From Takakia lepidozioides (lineage: Eukaryota > Plantae > Bryophyta), in the NCBI GenBank assembly GCA_030704615.1, contig CM060734.1:35712001-35776000 (forward strand): a DNA stretch of 64,000 nucleotides, written 5' to 3'. The position numbers and the translations under genes were made by a program. Under the pieces are notes generated by a model. It worked only from the letters and a program-made list of their open reading frames with translations, ran no database searches and was not told the DNA's origin. Numbering within the stretch: the stretch's first letter is position 1; every line of letters starts with the position of its first letter. This document shows, piece after piece, positions 36,580 to 53,119 of the stretch.

Positions 36580-39500
36580 ATGAGCGGTGCTGTAAGAAGG
36601 CAGCATGATGACTCTCCCACAATGTCTAACACTCTCGAGGGGAAGCACCAGGTAATGGCCGAGCCTTTTTCAATGATTGACGCTGCACTCGATTCTCGGC
36701 CCGCTAAAGTGGCCCGACACGACCTCACGAGAGAGAGGGAGGGAGAGAAGAGATTTGGAGATGCCCTGGCAGGGTTCCACAAGGCTGCAGCCAGGGAGGG
36801 GTCTTCCCTGGACGTCACGCTTGGCATTGAGAACCGAGGTGATCTCAAAGAGCCACGCGAATCCAAAGAAGGGAGAGAAATTAAAGCGGACATGAGGGAC
36901 TCAAAAGGGGACGTTCGGGACTCTCGAACAGATTCGAGGGATATGCGAGACGGGAAGGTAGAGAGAGACACACGAGTGGCTGATTTTAGGGACACCAAAG
37001 GGGAGAGAGATTTGCGAGGGGATGGGAGGGTTACCCGTGAGTTGGGATCGGTTTGGGGAAGAGAAAGCAGGGGGGATTTGAAAGGAGATGGTGGTAAAGA
37101 TAACAAGGACTCAAGAGTGGGTACAGGTGAGATTCGAATGTCAAAAGTCGATGAGATCCGGGTCTCTGTGCAAGAATCTGCAGAGTCTAGAGACCCAAAT
37201 TGGGACTTTCAAAACACTAGGAAAAGCCCTCTTGAGGAAGAGGGCGAGCTGAGGGAGCTGAAGGAGGCGTCTGGGGAGAATAGGGTAGAAGGCAAGAGAG
37301 AGGATCGCGAAAAGGAGAAGGAGAGCGAGAAAAAGGATGAAAAACAGAGGGAGAGGGATAGCCGAAGATCAGAGGTTCAAGCTCATACGAGTGAGCACAA
37401 GGAAAATGAACGAGAGGAGAGGGAGAAGGAGAAAGTGGACAAAGACAAAGACAAATTCCGAGACAAGGAGAGGGTAAGAGATAAGGAGAAGGACTCCACA
37501 AGGGAGAAATCTGGAAAAGAGAGAGAGAGAGAGCGGGGGAAAGAAAGGGAGAGGGATCTTCACCGCAGAGAGCGATCAGAGCGAGAGGATAGAGAGAGCT
37601 CAAAGAGAGAGAGGGAGGAGCGAGAAGGGGCAAAAGGGACAGCTGCTGAGGCTAGTGGTGTATTGGAAGATGCAGAGGTAGACAGAAAAACAGGCAAGGA
37701 GATTGAGGAGAGGAAGTCAGGTGAGAAAGAAGGGAAAGAGAGAGTGCGGGAGAGGGAAAGAGACAAGGAGAGAGAGGATGAAGGGGAGGGGGAGAAAAAG
37801 AAAAAACGTCTCCGAGAGTATGAAAAAGAGAGAGAAGAGGTTGGTCCCGAGGGAGAAGGAATGGGGGAGAGAGAGAGAGACCTGAGCTATGGCGTTCAAC
37901 AGCGAAAGCGAATGCTGCGACCCAGAGGACACTCACAAGCATCAACTAGAGATGTACGCTCTCGCTTTCGACCCAAGGACAATGAGGGGTATATTTTCCT
38001 ATCTTCCTGTGTGCTCTTAACTCTCTTTGAACCCTTGCTGTCTGTCTTGGTTATTGACATTTACAATATGTCATGTCGAGCTGCATGAGGAAGTGCCAAG
38101 CTACTTCTTCGACAAACTGCAAAAAATTTATGGTCAAATAAACTCTAAGCTTGTGTCCAATATTTTAAAGCAGAAAAGAAGTCCACTCTCTGCACAGTCA
38201 AAGTGTTCAATAGCACTTTGTTGCTTCTCCTCTCTCTTCCGTATATGGCCTAACAAACTGTGTGTGGTTGTGTAATTGCAGGGGCCATGGTTGGTGGCAC
38301 TTGGACCTTCCTCCTCTGCAGTTGTGAATGTCTACCTCTGCTTTTGTACTCAGCTTGGTTCAGAAGAAAAGGAAGAATTACAAGAAAACAAGTCTTAAAC
38401 AGACAACTAGGGGTTACAGACTGAGAGGATGAAGTGCCTGATAGTTAGACATAATGGAAACCAGGCACTTTTAAAGAAATATTCAACTAAAAATTTTACT
38501 TTCTTTGGGGGGGGAGCTTGTTTAAAAGCAATGAATTCAGCTATGTGCAACTTCTATTAAATCCTTCCAAATGCACCTTTCCCACCATTGCTTGCAGAAC
38601 AATTAATTACAACACTCAGTAAAGAATCTTTGAGAGGTGTTAAAATCCTGGATCTTTAGAACCCAGGTGTTTGAACATATCTCCAGATTAGTGATTTCTC
38701 TGAAAAGGCTCTCCTGACAGGTAAAGTCACAGTTGGAGAGTGCTAAGCCGTTTGAGTCGAAGTACTTGAAGTTAGGGCTTCCAATTCTTTGAAGTATTAG
38801 GTCATGGGTCACAACAAGTACCTCAAGATGTTTCTGCTGATGATTACTTTGAGCACCACAGGCATTCTTTGCTTTAGGGTTCTGAGGTGACTTCTTAGGA
38901 ACAGCTATATCAGGTTCAAATGAGCAGCCTACCAAGTTGCGTTGGAGCCTACACTACATGCTCCATCCAGCTGTGAGCAGGGGAAATTTTCCTTGGCATG
39001 TGGGTCCCGAGGTGTATGAATTCCATGGCATGTCATGTTTTGAAGAGATAACAAAGTTGTTCGAAGTTGTTGAGCCAGTGTCTGATTCAAGATGTCTGTG
39101 GTGTGGTGAATTTGAGCAATGCAGGACGCTTGGAGAGTTCAGCTCTCTTATATCGGATAGGGGAGGGTATGCCTGAGCTTGCAAAACTTCAAAAGGACCA
39201 CGAAGCAAATTCAGCTGTCATAGCTTCAGAGAGCAACAGCCTTAGCCAGGCTGGTCCAACCATTGAAATTCGTATTCCTGCAGACTTGGCGACTACCTCC
39301 AATCGTCAGGTAGTTTGTGTATGAATCAGGACATAAAGACATGGACAATTAATTCATGATTTTGGGCATGTATGCATTTAATTCCCACGTTACTCCCTCT
39401 GGATGTCTACTCACGCCTTTCATTTACAAATGTTTAGATTTGTCTATTTTGAGGGTTTGTAAGAGCACAAGTCTGAGATTTCTGTGAGCTAAAAGGAAAG

Positions 39501-42500
39501 TTTCTCCCCTGCTTTATATTTCCAGCTTTTGTGTAGCTCCAGTTGTTATGAAAGTCACACTCTGATGCGCCTTCTTGCCCCATCCTGAATTACAGATTCG
39601 AGGAAGCCAATTGTGGGGAACTGATATCTACACTGATGATTCAGATATAGTGGCAGGTAAGCACGACTTGGGTGCTACACTGGAGCTGTAATGAGCTCTT
39701 CTCCCTGCCAAACAAGGCAGCGATAAAATTTAGTGAGTGCTGTGCAGCAGGTTCCGGCATTGTAGCTTTAGGGGAGTCTCCGCATAGTTTGTTAATTGGT
39801 TAGGGTGAGTTTTGAAAAAGTGACTGTCATCTCATAGCAGACTTCCCCAAGCCACCTTGCACTTCCCAGGAATCCTGCCCCCTTTCTTCTCTCTGCAATG
39901 TCATTCATTTCTGGTCTAACGGTGCAGGGGCTCTATGGATGCAACAAAGTCTAATGAGTTGTTTCGCACAATTGAACGAACACAGTTTTAGCCTGCACAC
40001 TTGCATTTGATTGATAGGTGGAAGCCTTTTATCATTTCACGCACTTGCAGTGAGAATGTGATGAGGAGTTCTGCATCATAATGCCTATGAACCTCATAGT
40101 TTTTGCAACCCTGAGTGTTGTAGATTGGGAGAGAACAAACAGTCATAAGAGAGTCTGGATTGTAGGGGCAGAGCACCTACACTGATGTGAGGGAGATAAA
40201 GGCAGCAGGAGATTGATACAGACATAAGTGACAGAGAGGAGGTGGATTGGACGCAAACAGTTCAACATTGTAATGTCCACCTAACATATCTGTTCTTCGG
40301 ATTCTTGACAGTTCTCATGCATACTGGATACTACACTCCAACGGCGACTCCTCCACCTCATTCCGTTTCAGAGTTGCAGGCAACCATCCGTATCCTTCCA
40401 CCTCAAAAAAGTAAGACAAGTAGGATATGTCCTTCCACTCACCAATGGGGTCTAGTTTGGGAAAGATGCTTTACTTGAATTTTCCTTCTAGTTAATACGT
40501 TGGATGCTTGGCAGCATTAAGGCTTGTGATGATGCATTTGGATGCCTGAGTACCTGCCATTCCTCTTTGCTCAGATCTGTTCTGATTCTTCAAGAGGTTC
40601 AAAAGATATCAAGTTGGTTTGGCCAAGGCAAATGAAGAATGCTAATCCCCAAGATGTTTTGTTGGCCAAACCACGAGGGTAAAGATCTTTTGGGAAGGAG
40701 GTGTGCTGTGTTCAGCGTTTGGGTTTATGTTAGCAGCAGCACAAAGATGTGCAGGACAAGAAGTTTTACTTGAACAAAGTCTTACTTGGTGGCACCAACT
40801 CAATATAGAACCTCCTTCTTGGTGCTGCTAATTTATGGGTTGTGTGACCTTGATATCTGTGGTACCTTGAATAAACAAATACACCTACATGAGCTCCGCC
40901 CAGCATGTCAGCCATAGAACAACACAATATCAACAAGTTGCCCTAAGGATATCTCGCTACATAAGGTTTTACTGTGATGTGGCCTGGCTCTTTGTGCAGC
41001 ATACACATCAATGCTACGAAACAGCCTCAGATCTCGTGCTTGGGGAGGTGGAAGTGGGTGCAGCTTCAGCGTTGAACGGTGTCGAATTATTAAGGTTTCT
41101 TCTACCTCCATTGACATTTGCGTTTTCTTTCTTCTGTGATTGTTACTAGTGCTATGATTCATCTCTCTGGAAAGAACCGTGTCCTTTTAATAGGAATGGC
41201 CTCGAACTGAACCTTGGTCCAGGTTTACTGGCCCAAGAACTGGCACCAGGGTCAGGTGGACCTTGTCGAATGTCTTAAAATATTGCCATATGTTGCATTC
41301 AACCTGGACCACTTATATGTTGGTCACAGTGCAGTCGTGGGGCTTTCAGTTGGAAACATGCTTTCAAAGTATGGAATTTGTGTATTGCTTATATATGCAG
41401 TCAGGAGGTGGAAGCATAGACCTTGAGCCCTGTTTGACTCGCACACCAGCTGTTGCTCCCACTCTTGCACCTGCAGCTACAGAACGCACTGTCACAACCA
41501 GAGCTGCCTCTTCGGTGATGACCTAACCCCGAGGCTCTCTTCCTCTCCCTCCACAAGTTGTTCCTATAAAGTTAAATACATAAATTAAGTAAATTTTTAC
41601 TGAGCTGCTGGCTTGGTTTCAAACTTGGTTTCAGTCTGGGTTAACCTGAGGGTTTGACTAAGGATAGGGATGGGGGTTGCAGAGTGCATATCGGCAACAG
41701 CGTTTTGTGCAGGAAGTGACAATTCAGTACAATCTTTGTAATGAGCCCTGGTGCGGTCTTTATCCTTAATCCATCAGCATGTGCACTGAAGCACTTAGAT
41801 CCATTCCAGTCTTATTGTGGCACCTCAAATCCTTTGTCCCAGCAGTTTTGTTAGGAACCAACTAGATGTAGTGAGTGATAGTAATGCATCACCCATCATT
41901 GCTCACCATGCTGTGTTTTTTGCTCAAAGTTTGCATGGTCTCTTACGACAGAAACAAGCATATCAATAGAAAGGTAATGTGCTTTGTGATGCAGCCTTCA
42001 GTTTTTAGTACAGACATGCATTGTAAAGAAATGATTCCGCTGAATCATCCTGTGGCCATGTTATCAATAATGTTCGGAAGCATGATGTGGTAACTGAAAC
42101 AAAGTTGGTCCTCCTGGTTTGTCCTTGCTCATTACAGGCTGAAGTATAGTATGAGCATTGTGGCTGACCGGGGCTTGAAGAAATCACAGTACACCTCAGC
42201 TCGTCTGAAAAAGGGTGATGTCCTCTATGTGGAAACTCACAGACACCGGTGAGTTGTGTCTCTCGATGGCCCTTTCCCCTGTACTAACTGCCAGAGTGCT
42301 GACAATGTACACAGCCTATGTTTGCATTGTTATTGTCATACGTAAGATCCCCAACTGAGGGCCCTGTTTACTTGGATTGTCTTTCTATTCTAATGTGTAC
42401 TGCTCAGTCAGCCAGTCATTGGTTTACCCTAATTATACCTTGTCATGTCATATTTTCTTATGGAGAGGAGAAAAGATCAAGCTCATTGTCACATTGTCAT

Positions 42501-43403
42501 TTCCATAATTAAGATAACCAACTGAAGGCCCTGTTTAGTTCAGAGAGACAGTCAACCAATTATTGGTGTACCCTGGGTCATACCTTGTCATATCGTTCTT
42601 TTTATGGAAGAGGGGGTAAGAAGAGAGCAAGTTTCTTGTGATTGACATAAGTCACGTTGGCAGGTTTGAGTTGGCATATGATGGAGAACGTGTTACATGC
42701 AACGGGACAACCACAGCAACAACTGCAACCTCAGCCCCCACACAAGTAACTGTAGCTCCAGAGAAAGGGAAGGAGAAAGGGGGCTTTTCAGAAAGATCTG
42801 CAGGCCTTCACGAGAAAGGGCATGTGCACGTCTCACATGCGCATAATGGAGAGAAGGTGCTTGGTGGTCATATTCATAATGTGGAGAAAACGTGTCATGA
42901 CCACAGTGCTATAATACCCCATAGTGGAGAAACATATGAACGCTTTCGGTGGTCACAGTGCAAATGGCCCCTGCCACTGTCGTCCATGCGTACTAAAGGC
43001 GTCCCGTTACCAACTGAGGATGTGGAGGTTAGCACCCTCACCTGCTTGCAAAAACCAATTTTGATACTTTCCTCCTTTACAGTGGGGAAAGAGAGGTGTC
43101 TCAGTAATTTTGCTATCCTCAAATCTTGTGAGGTTGGCATACACGTCTTACTGGTTTGATCTTTTTTGACATGCGCACGACAGATTTGACTTTGAGACAG
43201 ATAGGAAGAGAGGGAGGGAGGGAAGGCGAAAGCAAGGGGCTCACAGGATCAGTGTGGATGTTGTGTTGTGGCAGGTGCTGCAAGAGGGATTGGCTTGGGA
43301 GGAAGTGCAGTGGTCACCAACAAGTGTGTGGGTGCGGGGAAAAGAATACCTCCTTGCCAGAGCACAGTTTTTGTCCTCACATGTGGACGAGATGTGCCAG
43401 TAG
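36580..43403 (+). CDS. HDC1: Histone deacetylase complex 1 (RXT3-like)
   Basis: Starts MSGAVRRQHDD; large R/E/K/D-rich exon 1 (36580-37988, YGVQQRKRMLRPRG); RXT3 region PTIEIRIPA..TTSNRQ/IRGSQLWGTDIYTDDSDIVA/VLMHTGY; C-terminal RQQRFVQEVTIQYNLCNEPW/LKYSMSIVADRGLKK..SARLKKG; last exon 43275-43403. About 10 exons. Confidence 0.94.
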
Positions 43404-44174
43404 CTACAGAGTTGACCATTTCACTGTTCTCCATTTCACCTGCAGGGCCCAAATTGATTTGGAAACATCCGAGATAAAAAAAAGCACATGTTTCAATCTC
43501 TCAGAAGTCCAAAACATTTGCCCATGGTTGACAGAATCTTGCCTGTAATCCTTGCAGGATGTATTCAATTTAATTGGTCTCTCTCCATCATTGTGTGTAA
43601 TTGGTACAGTACAGTCCGAACCATGTATGCTCCAATGTGCATAGAGGAGGAAGGGAGAAGATTGATGATGCAGAAATAAATGAGCAAGTCACTTAGGAGG
43701 TTGCAATCAATACCTGCAATGTTTGCTGAGTCTTCCATCATTCAGCAGCAGTCAGTCTGTATTGTGATGAGCTCCTTCTAGTGTCCTTACTTCAACACAG
43801 ATTACTCTGTATGCACGCATGAATGGTAAGCCAAGTGCCCATCACAGACGCCTGATTACAATCCCAGTGGGTGGCACGTCTCACTTCAGAGATTGATATG
43901 AGGGATAGAGCAACGAGGTAAAACTGCAGAGCTAAGTTATGTCAAAGCTTGACTGCACTACACTGTAGTCACCATTCATGCAGGACTTCTCTTTTTGCCC
44001 TTTTTGTTTTTTTGTTTTTGAGGGAACCTGGGTTCTTTTTCCTTTTTATTATTTTTTCCCTCTAGAGTCTGCCCGTTTAAATTTTAATTAACAATAAAAT
44101 ATTTATAAACAATACAAGGAAAGAAGCAAATTCAAGTATTTACCCGGAAAAACCGGTGGCAGGAAGGGGAAGCA

Positions 44175-44182
44175 AAACCCTA
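44175..44182 (+). promoter_or_regulatory. Telo-box (AAACCCTA) in the RPS17 promoter/5'UTR
   Basis: AAAACCCTAG about 130 bp upstream of the ATG of a ribosomal protein gene, the typical context for plant telo-boxes. Confidence 0.65.
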
Positions 44183-44308
44183 GCGCCGTCTCCTTGCTCG
44201 CTCCTTTTTGCTGCGAGGAGAGATTGGCATCGCGATTCCTCGAGCGTCTTCGCTACCCACATCGACGTCTTTCTTCCTCCTGAGCAAGGCGGCGTCTGCT
44301 AGTCCATC

Positions 44309-46580
<2,272 letters not shown>

Positions 46581-48671
46581 ACAATAGAAGCAGGTTAAGG
46601 CTGCCATTACTTACTTTGCAGTCATCGGGCCTTGTTTTTCGTATACAATTCACAGGCCTCAGATTTTGCAAGCATGAGTCGCTGTGTGCAGGGAAAGATG
46701 ACCTATGTGAGAATGAAAATGGGGATGTTGCTCCTGGAATGCTGCTTGATATGAACCTTATTGAGCTGGGGCTGTCTGTTGTTTTACCTCACCAATGCAA
46801 CACATGCAGATTTTTTTCACTCATGTAAGAGGTAGGAACTCACAGACTGCTGAATTGTTGCCCAGCCCAAGTTTCACAAGGTTCTGGAATAATTAAGTAA
46901 CAGCATACAAAAAGTCTGAAGAAGATTACGTTTGAAGAATGCTTTTGTGTAGAACTGATTGCAAGGGGACTGTTGTTGAATGCTCTCTTGTGATCATTGT
47001 CTGGCCGGCAGGAGATGAAACAGACTTCAATTATGTAGTAGAATTCGAGTGCATTGTGTTATATGTGATGTTTGTCAGATTGTTGTGGGAGGAGTAAGGC
47101 GTAGGGCCTCCTTACAGGTGGTCAAACCCGAACAAAAGATGATGTCACTGTCATGCTCCACCGGCACTACTATGTGCAAAACCCTAGTTTTGGTCCTTAC
47201 GTCATACCCCTGTAGGAAGTCAAGAGATTGCGTCCCAATGGTGTCTCTCCTGCCTATTGGGAGTTTATTTCTCGAGCAGTGCTTGGTGGAGGATGGAGAC
47301 AGATAAACCACCGAGTTCCTCTTGGGAGATCAGGTGGCCACTCAATAGTCTTCACTCTACTGGACCGGCATCTTTTCCTTTTTCTCTTAGCTGTATTCAT
47401 ATTTTCTTCTCTTCCTCTTCTCAAGTAGTCCTTCTCCCATCCTTTATCCTCCTTTCCTTCTACATCTTCAAGTGATGCCCTATGTATTGCCACAGTAGCA
47501 TCTCTCACCCAGCCTTCCCTTCCCCTTTGTCTCTCCCTTGGAACCATCTCCCTTACCTCCCCCTCAAAATGAGCGCGGTTAGAATGCAAAGTCAAAGTCA
47601 ATAGCTTAACTGTCTTTGTGGCTGAAAGTCACCCATTGTTGATATCTGATCAAGAAATTAATGGGTGCGGAGCTGTGAAGCGGGGATTCCTCAAGTATCA
47701 TGTCTACTTGAAATGCCTGTCCAATATAAGTAATAAGTGAAACATGATTAGTAGATATATGAGACTGTCTGACCTAGCTGCACAAATCTCCACTGAGATT
47801 ATGTTCCACTGATTGTTAAGTTGTAGGAGGCCATAGAATTCCAGCTAGCAGATTTTGAACTTGTCTGGAATCCGTACAGAAACATCTCCTAGTTCCTGAT
47901 AGAGAGTACTGGACTGTGGCATAGTATGGAGTTGACATTCTCTTCAGAAAAAGAGATGTGTGAATCCTCAGTTTCAACAACCAAATTGTGAATGTCTCAA
48001 GGTGTAGACCTTTGAGTTTAGCCTTCTAACAACCAAGTGCTGAATAAGTATCTAAGTACAATATTAGTATTGGTATTAGGATGAATAAGGGCCACTTTAT
48101 ACACACAACAAATGAGCGCCCAAAATGTGGTAGTGGTCGGTCATTGAACTAATTAAGCAATACATTTTCTCCTTTGACAATCCAATGTGGTGGCTTTTGG
48201 GGTGTCCAGTTTGAGGGGTCCAAGTCCAACCAAGTCATGTCTACTAGGGGGTAATTAGTTTCCTGCCAAGTAAGGTTCTGGTTGCTTCACTAATTTGAGA
48301 CTTGGATTCTTAAGGCTATATCCGTGGGCCCTGTCCAGGCAACATCTTTTAAAGGGGAGATGGTTCATGAGCCAAATTGGGATAATCAGGTGTCATGTGG
48401 TGGTTTGTATTCTCCTCGCGTTGGAACTCGGTTGCCCGGACGCGGGGGCACCTGACAACATTGCGCGCTAAGCCCCCGCGTTATAGGAGCTGCCTTCCAT
48501 GGACGTATTTAGCCTGTGTGGCCTTGGTATAAGAGTACTCACTTTCTATCTCAGTCTTTGTAAGGCTTTACACACACTAACTTTGGTCCCTAGAATAATC
48601 ATTTTTTCTACCATCATCGAAGGACCAAGAGTGCTTCAACTTGGTCCTTAGTCCTTCATTGGGGGGCTTAT

Positions 48672-50828
48672 TCAGCGCCGAAGTTCCATGTTGGAAAGAT
48701 CAGGTGTAATTGGTGTACTATCTTGTTGGGCTCCAACTTTCCAATACGTGGCACATTTCATGTCCGACTGCAGCATTAACTTGGAGTACTCTTCATGGTT
48801 GTAGTCAGAGGGGTTGTCACATACAGTTTCCACACTGTCCTTGTTGAAATGCTCGTACAGGTGCTTCATTGTCTCAGGATTTCTAGTGTATACAAACTTC
48901 ACTTTTGAGAATGTCTTGGGATCAAGCACTGGCTTGATAATCTGCAACAAACAACCACTAGATTAAATCTGGGCATTTTCACCACCACGTGCCTGAGAAT
49001 CCTAAAGAAACCATGACATTGATGATGGTGGTTGCAGGTCCCCATCATCATCTCTCCCACCATTGAATCCAGCTCTCCACAGTACACCATTGATTAATCA
49101 GCTCAAAGGAGATTAAAGTGCACAACCTTATCCTACCAAAACTCTGGATGCATCACACTTACCCCCCAAAATGCTTCGAACACGCGAGGAGGATTGTACA
49201 AGATTATAGCATTCAATCGCTCGGGGTAATGTTTTTGCAGAATATTTGCAGATTCCCGTGCTGTCTTAATAGGAGTTGAGTTTTTCATAGTCAAGCCCTT
49301 GAAATTAATTAGCCACACCATTTGTTCCTGCCCTGCTGGCAGATTCAATATTGCATCCTCCAGAGCGTAGACCAGCTGCCGGATGTGTCCATCAGGATTT
49401 GTTGTGTTCTGTATCAATACAAAAAATGGCATCAGTCAACCCAATGAGGTATTGAGAAACCAGGGTTTATCTTTAATGATTTGTAGTAGCTCTGCAACCT
49501 TCATGCTCCCCGTTCACTCCCAAGAGCTCTTCATCTTTGATGATGACACTTTAAAGGTTGCCATCTCCATTGCAAATGGTTTTGTCAATGAATGCTTATT
49601 ATCATGACCGTTGAAAAACATGAAAAGCATTCCAGCCTAGGATAGCATGATCTACTTACTGTGGTTGATCGGATTGTGGCCGAATCTGCAGAGGACCAAA
49701 GCAGACCATGTACATTGGGGAAGTATTAATTACAATAGCAGTTCGTAACAACGGAGTGGCAACAAGGGGTGTACCTGCCTCCCCGGGTGCATCACCAAGA
49801 CAGTGTGCCCCTGCTTGTCCGTGTAGTTTGCTCTGTAACATTTTCCAGTCTCTGCTTCTACTGCTATCTGCTCCTGCAAGCCAATTGTATGAGTTAAATT
49901 CCAGGTTTTGGACAGGTTCCCTAGTCTTCTCCAGAAATGTTTCTTGACCAATATGTCTTCCTCATCTCGCACTTTGTATCTGTCAGTCTCTACTCACTAC
50001 AGAACCCCCTCCTCCTCCCTCCCCATCCCATTGCAGATGTGTGTAGAGTGTCTGTTATAGCAACACTCGTTCATGTTTCTCCTCTTGCCCTCCAAATGAG
50101 CAACATAACTGACCCAGCAAATTTCTTCAGGTTTATAAGTCGCTCTCCAAGCAAGTGTTTCTCGTAGCATCTTCTCAGCTTTCTTGACATTCCAGTTTCG
50201 TGCCCGCAGATATCGCATGAGGCAGTCATCTGATGCATATTGTAATGCGCGACCAGTCAGTGGTCCCAATGCTGCCTGCAGCTCCTTCACCTACATCCTC
50301 AGGAGCTATGAGTAAACCAGAATTCAAGTAGGGAGTAGTCCACCACTCCAAACTTCAGAATCAGAACACATACATTGTAAGTCTTGGGCTCTGGCCTGAA
50401 AACAATGGAGTATTGAGGACCATGGAGAATCTTTCTATTTCAGTCCAGCCCACTATGACATCAATAATGTCCCAAAATGCACTACAGGTTGACTTGACAA
50501 CTCTCTGGCATATATCATTAGCAGAATTTTAGGTGAAATGCCAGTTCTAACAGCTTGACTTGCTCACTGAAGAAGTCTTAGAATAACGTGCCAACCAGGA
50601 AATGATCACATGTCTATCAAACAACTACCTAAGCATCGAGATGACACACAAGTACTCCCAAACACTAATTAGACTCCCAAACACACTTTCTAGAATGTAA
50701 TGGATGGATAGTATTTCTAATGCAGTCACCAATAAGCTGTGAACACCTTCCAAAGATAGACGGCCCACCAGAGCTTGCTCGTCACCAGGCGAAGAAAGCT
50801 CTCTGCTCAAACTCTTTCTCAATGACAT
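48672..50828 (-). CDS. Sec14/CRAL-TRIO lipid-transfer protein (RSC5/PDR16-17-like), copy A
   Basis: Exons 50828-50769, 50290-50114, 49873-49775, 49408-49163, 48941-48672, all phase 0, about 283 aa. Motifs DDCLMRYLRARNWNVKKAEKML, ETGKCYRAN, ILQKHYPERL, LDPKTFSKVKFVY. Confidence 0.93.
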
Positions 50829-53119
50829 GTTTGTGAGCTGTCTCCTATCAGCAGCCTCTGGTCGCACTGATAATCACAGTTGAGATTTTGTAAATAACAT
50901 TATCCGTCACAGACAGACTGCAATTAGACTAGTAAGTCAAGCTATGTGTTGACTGCGATTCACCCTTTTACACTTCAATCTTCACCTGTAGTTGTTTGTT
51001 TTTTATAACTGTCTCAACTCGATTCCCCTTTGATTGTAAACATCCGTTGACAAGCACTACCAGGAGATATCCACTTCCACATTCGAGCTGAGACACTCCC
51101 ATCAACCACTGGCACGATTCCCCCTCGCTCTCTTTGTGAGCACAAATTCCATGCCCTACAGTACCAAATCGTAACAATCTCATGAACAGACCAACGGGCA
51201 ATGAAAAGATACAGACTGGAACTACCAAAGAGCCCTTGCAACCCAGATTCAAACAAGTAGACTACGTACGTAGCTTGCGGGGAAATAATCATCGCCCGAG
51301 GACGAGCTTCCTAGATTCTAAAAACTGACCACGTACATAAAGGCTCCCGAAACATTCCCCAGTTCAAGCTCTCGCAGGGCTGCAGTTTCCGTCTTCTGAT
51401 AATAGTCACACAAGCAGAATGAGCCCTTCTCTAACCGGTTTACCGTAATCTTGCTTCACTGTACATTCATACCTTTGTTTCACACACTCCTTTTTGTTAT
51501 TCCATTGTTAGTTGGAGGATTCGATGATTCGATCACTGCATTAGCCAGATCCACTCAGGATTTGTGGCACCTTCTGCACTCGGCACCTGCGTTACTAAAT
51601 TGCATTCTTCCACAGAAACAGATAATTCTAAGCCCCGAGGTGAGCAGACCTGAGCCCTGGGGACCCGAACAGCAGTCGAAAGACTCAAATCCTAAAGAAG
51701 CAGGAAACTGAGATTACCTGAATGGATTGTAGCTGTGGCCGCTGTAGCCACCGAGGACCGGGACGTTTCCAGTAAACTCCAAAAACATTCACTGATCCTG
51801 CATGGTGGGAGGAGCTTGATAAGTCTGCAAAGCGATCCAACCAGACCTGTGCCGCGCCACGGATCGCGGACTTATGACACAAGTGTTTAGAGTTTAGACG
51901 ACTTCGGTGTGGTGTCGAACACAATCCGAGGCTAGGATCTCGGGGAGCAGCTTTCTAGGAAAGCGGGGAGGGCAAACATGGCGGCACCGGAATGGATATA
52001 ACGCGAGCCACAGCAGCTTCGTCGTGGGAAGTCAGACTCTCCCAACAGGGGCCCCACAGTGCGCAGTCAAAAGCCATTTCCAGACTTGTCTCAGACCTTC
52101 CCTCACGAGAATCTCGTGTTTACGTTCACAGAGAGAAACTTAGAATAGGTCGGATCAAAGCCCACCGTTCGGGCTCCAGTTCCCAACGTTCCCATTCCTC
52201 ATTTTCTGCTCATTTGGAGAACCCAACTGTGAGTCTTTGTCAAACCCTGCCCAACATTCCTCTCTTTTTTTTCTTTTTTAAATAAAATATATTAAAGAAA
52301 AGCATGACATGTGTCCCGGGGCAGCCTTCTAGAAGGGTCCCACCGCCCAGAGAGCGTATATAAAGCAAATCAGGGATACACTGGCGCCCCGCATCGGAGC
52401 AACCGAGTTCTCCAGCACGAGGAGAACTCCGTTATATACACCAGACCGTTGGATTACACACCATCTCAATCACTCCTAGTTTGCCACCTACTCGAGGCAT
52501 TGGGGGACGGCAGGCAGTGTGGCCGTAACGCAGCCGCAGTCGCAGGCCTGCGTTCAAGAGCTGTGCGTCCACCCAACGGGCCTTTGCCCTCTGTGGCCGG
52601 GGCATTAGTCATCATCTCTTGGAATGACCGTCAGCCTCCTCTAACTTATTCATTTTAAGCAACGCCATGGTCACATGAAAAGATAGATTTTTATTGTTTA
52701 CAGTCCAGCTTCCAAAACTTGGAGTTAGTTGGTCGCCAAACCACAATATTGAGTTTTTTCTTGGACGGTCACTAACCAGCCGCCTATAATCAAGGCCACT
52801 AGATGCACTTTATTCAATTCCTTGTTTTGGCTTTACACTAGGGATGAAGACCAACAATGCTCCAAACTTTGTATGGCCCTGGTCCCTGAGTGAAGCGACT
52901 CTAAACTTAGTGCATGCAGTCAGGCTGTGACCTAGTTTGAAGAGTTTCATAAACATGGGTTTTGCTAGATTTTCTGCTGAGAGTGGATGTCAACAAGGCT
53001 TCAAGGGTTTTCATCTGACTCGGACCCTAGCATTTAGCTTGAACATCTAATCTATATACATAGATATACCTATCTATATATGTCTGACCAAAAGCTGCGT
53101 GCTATGGTGGGCTGAGCAG

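Noticed and set aside
36267-37945. Long antisense ORFs (e.g. 279 aa at 36267-37106) opposite HDC1 exon 1
   Set aside because: Ser/Leu/Pro/Phe-rich shadows of the GA-rich low-complexity HDC1 exon.
47049-47601. ORFs downstream of RPS17, duplicated at ~53830-54210
   Set aside because: Frames differ between the two duplicated copies through indels and show no recognisable family; likely non-coding.
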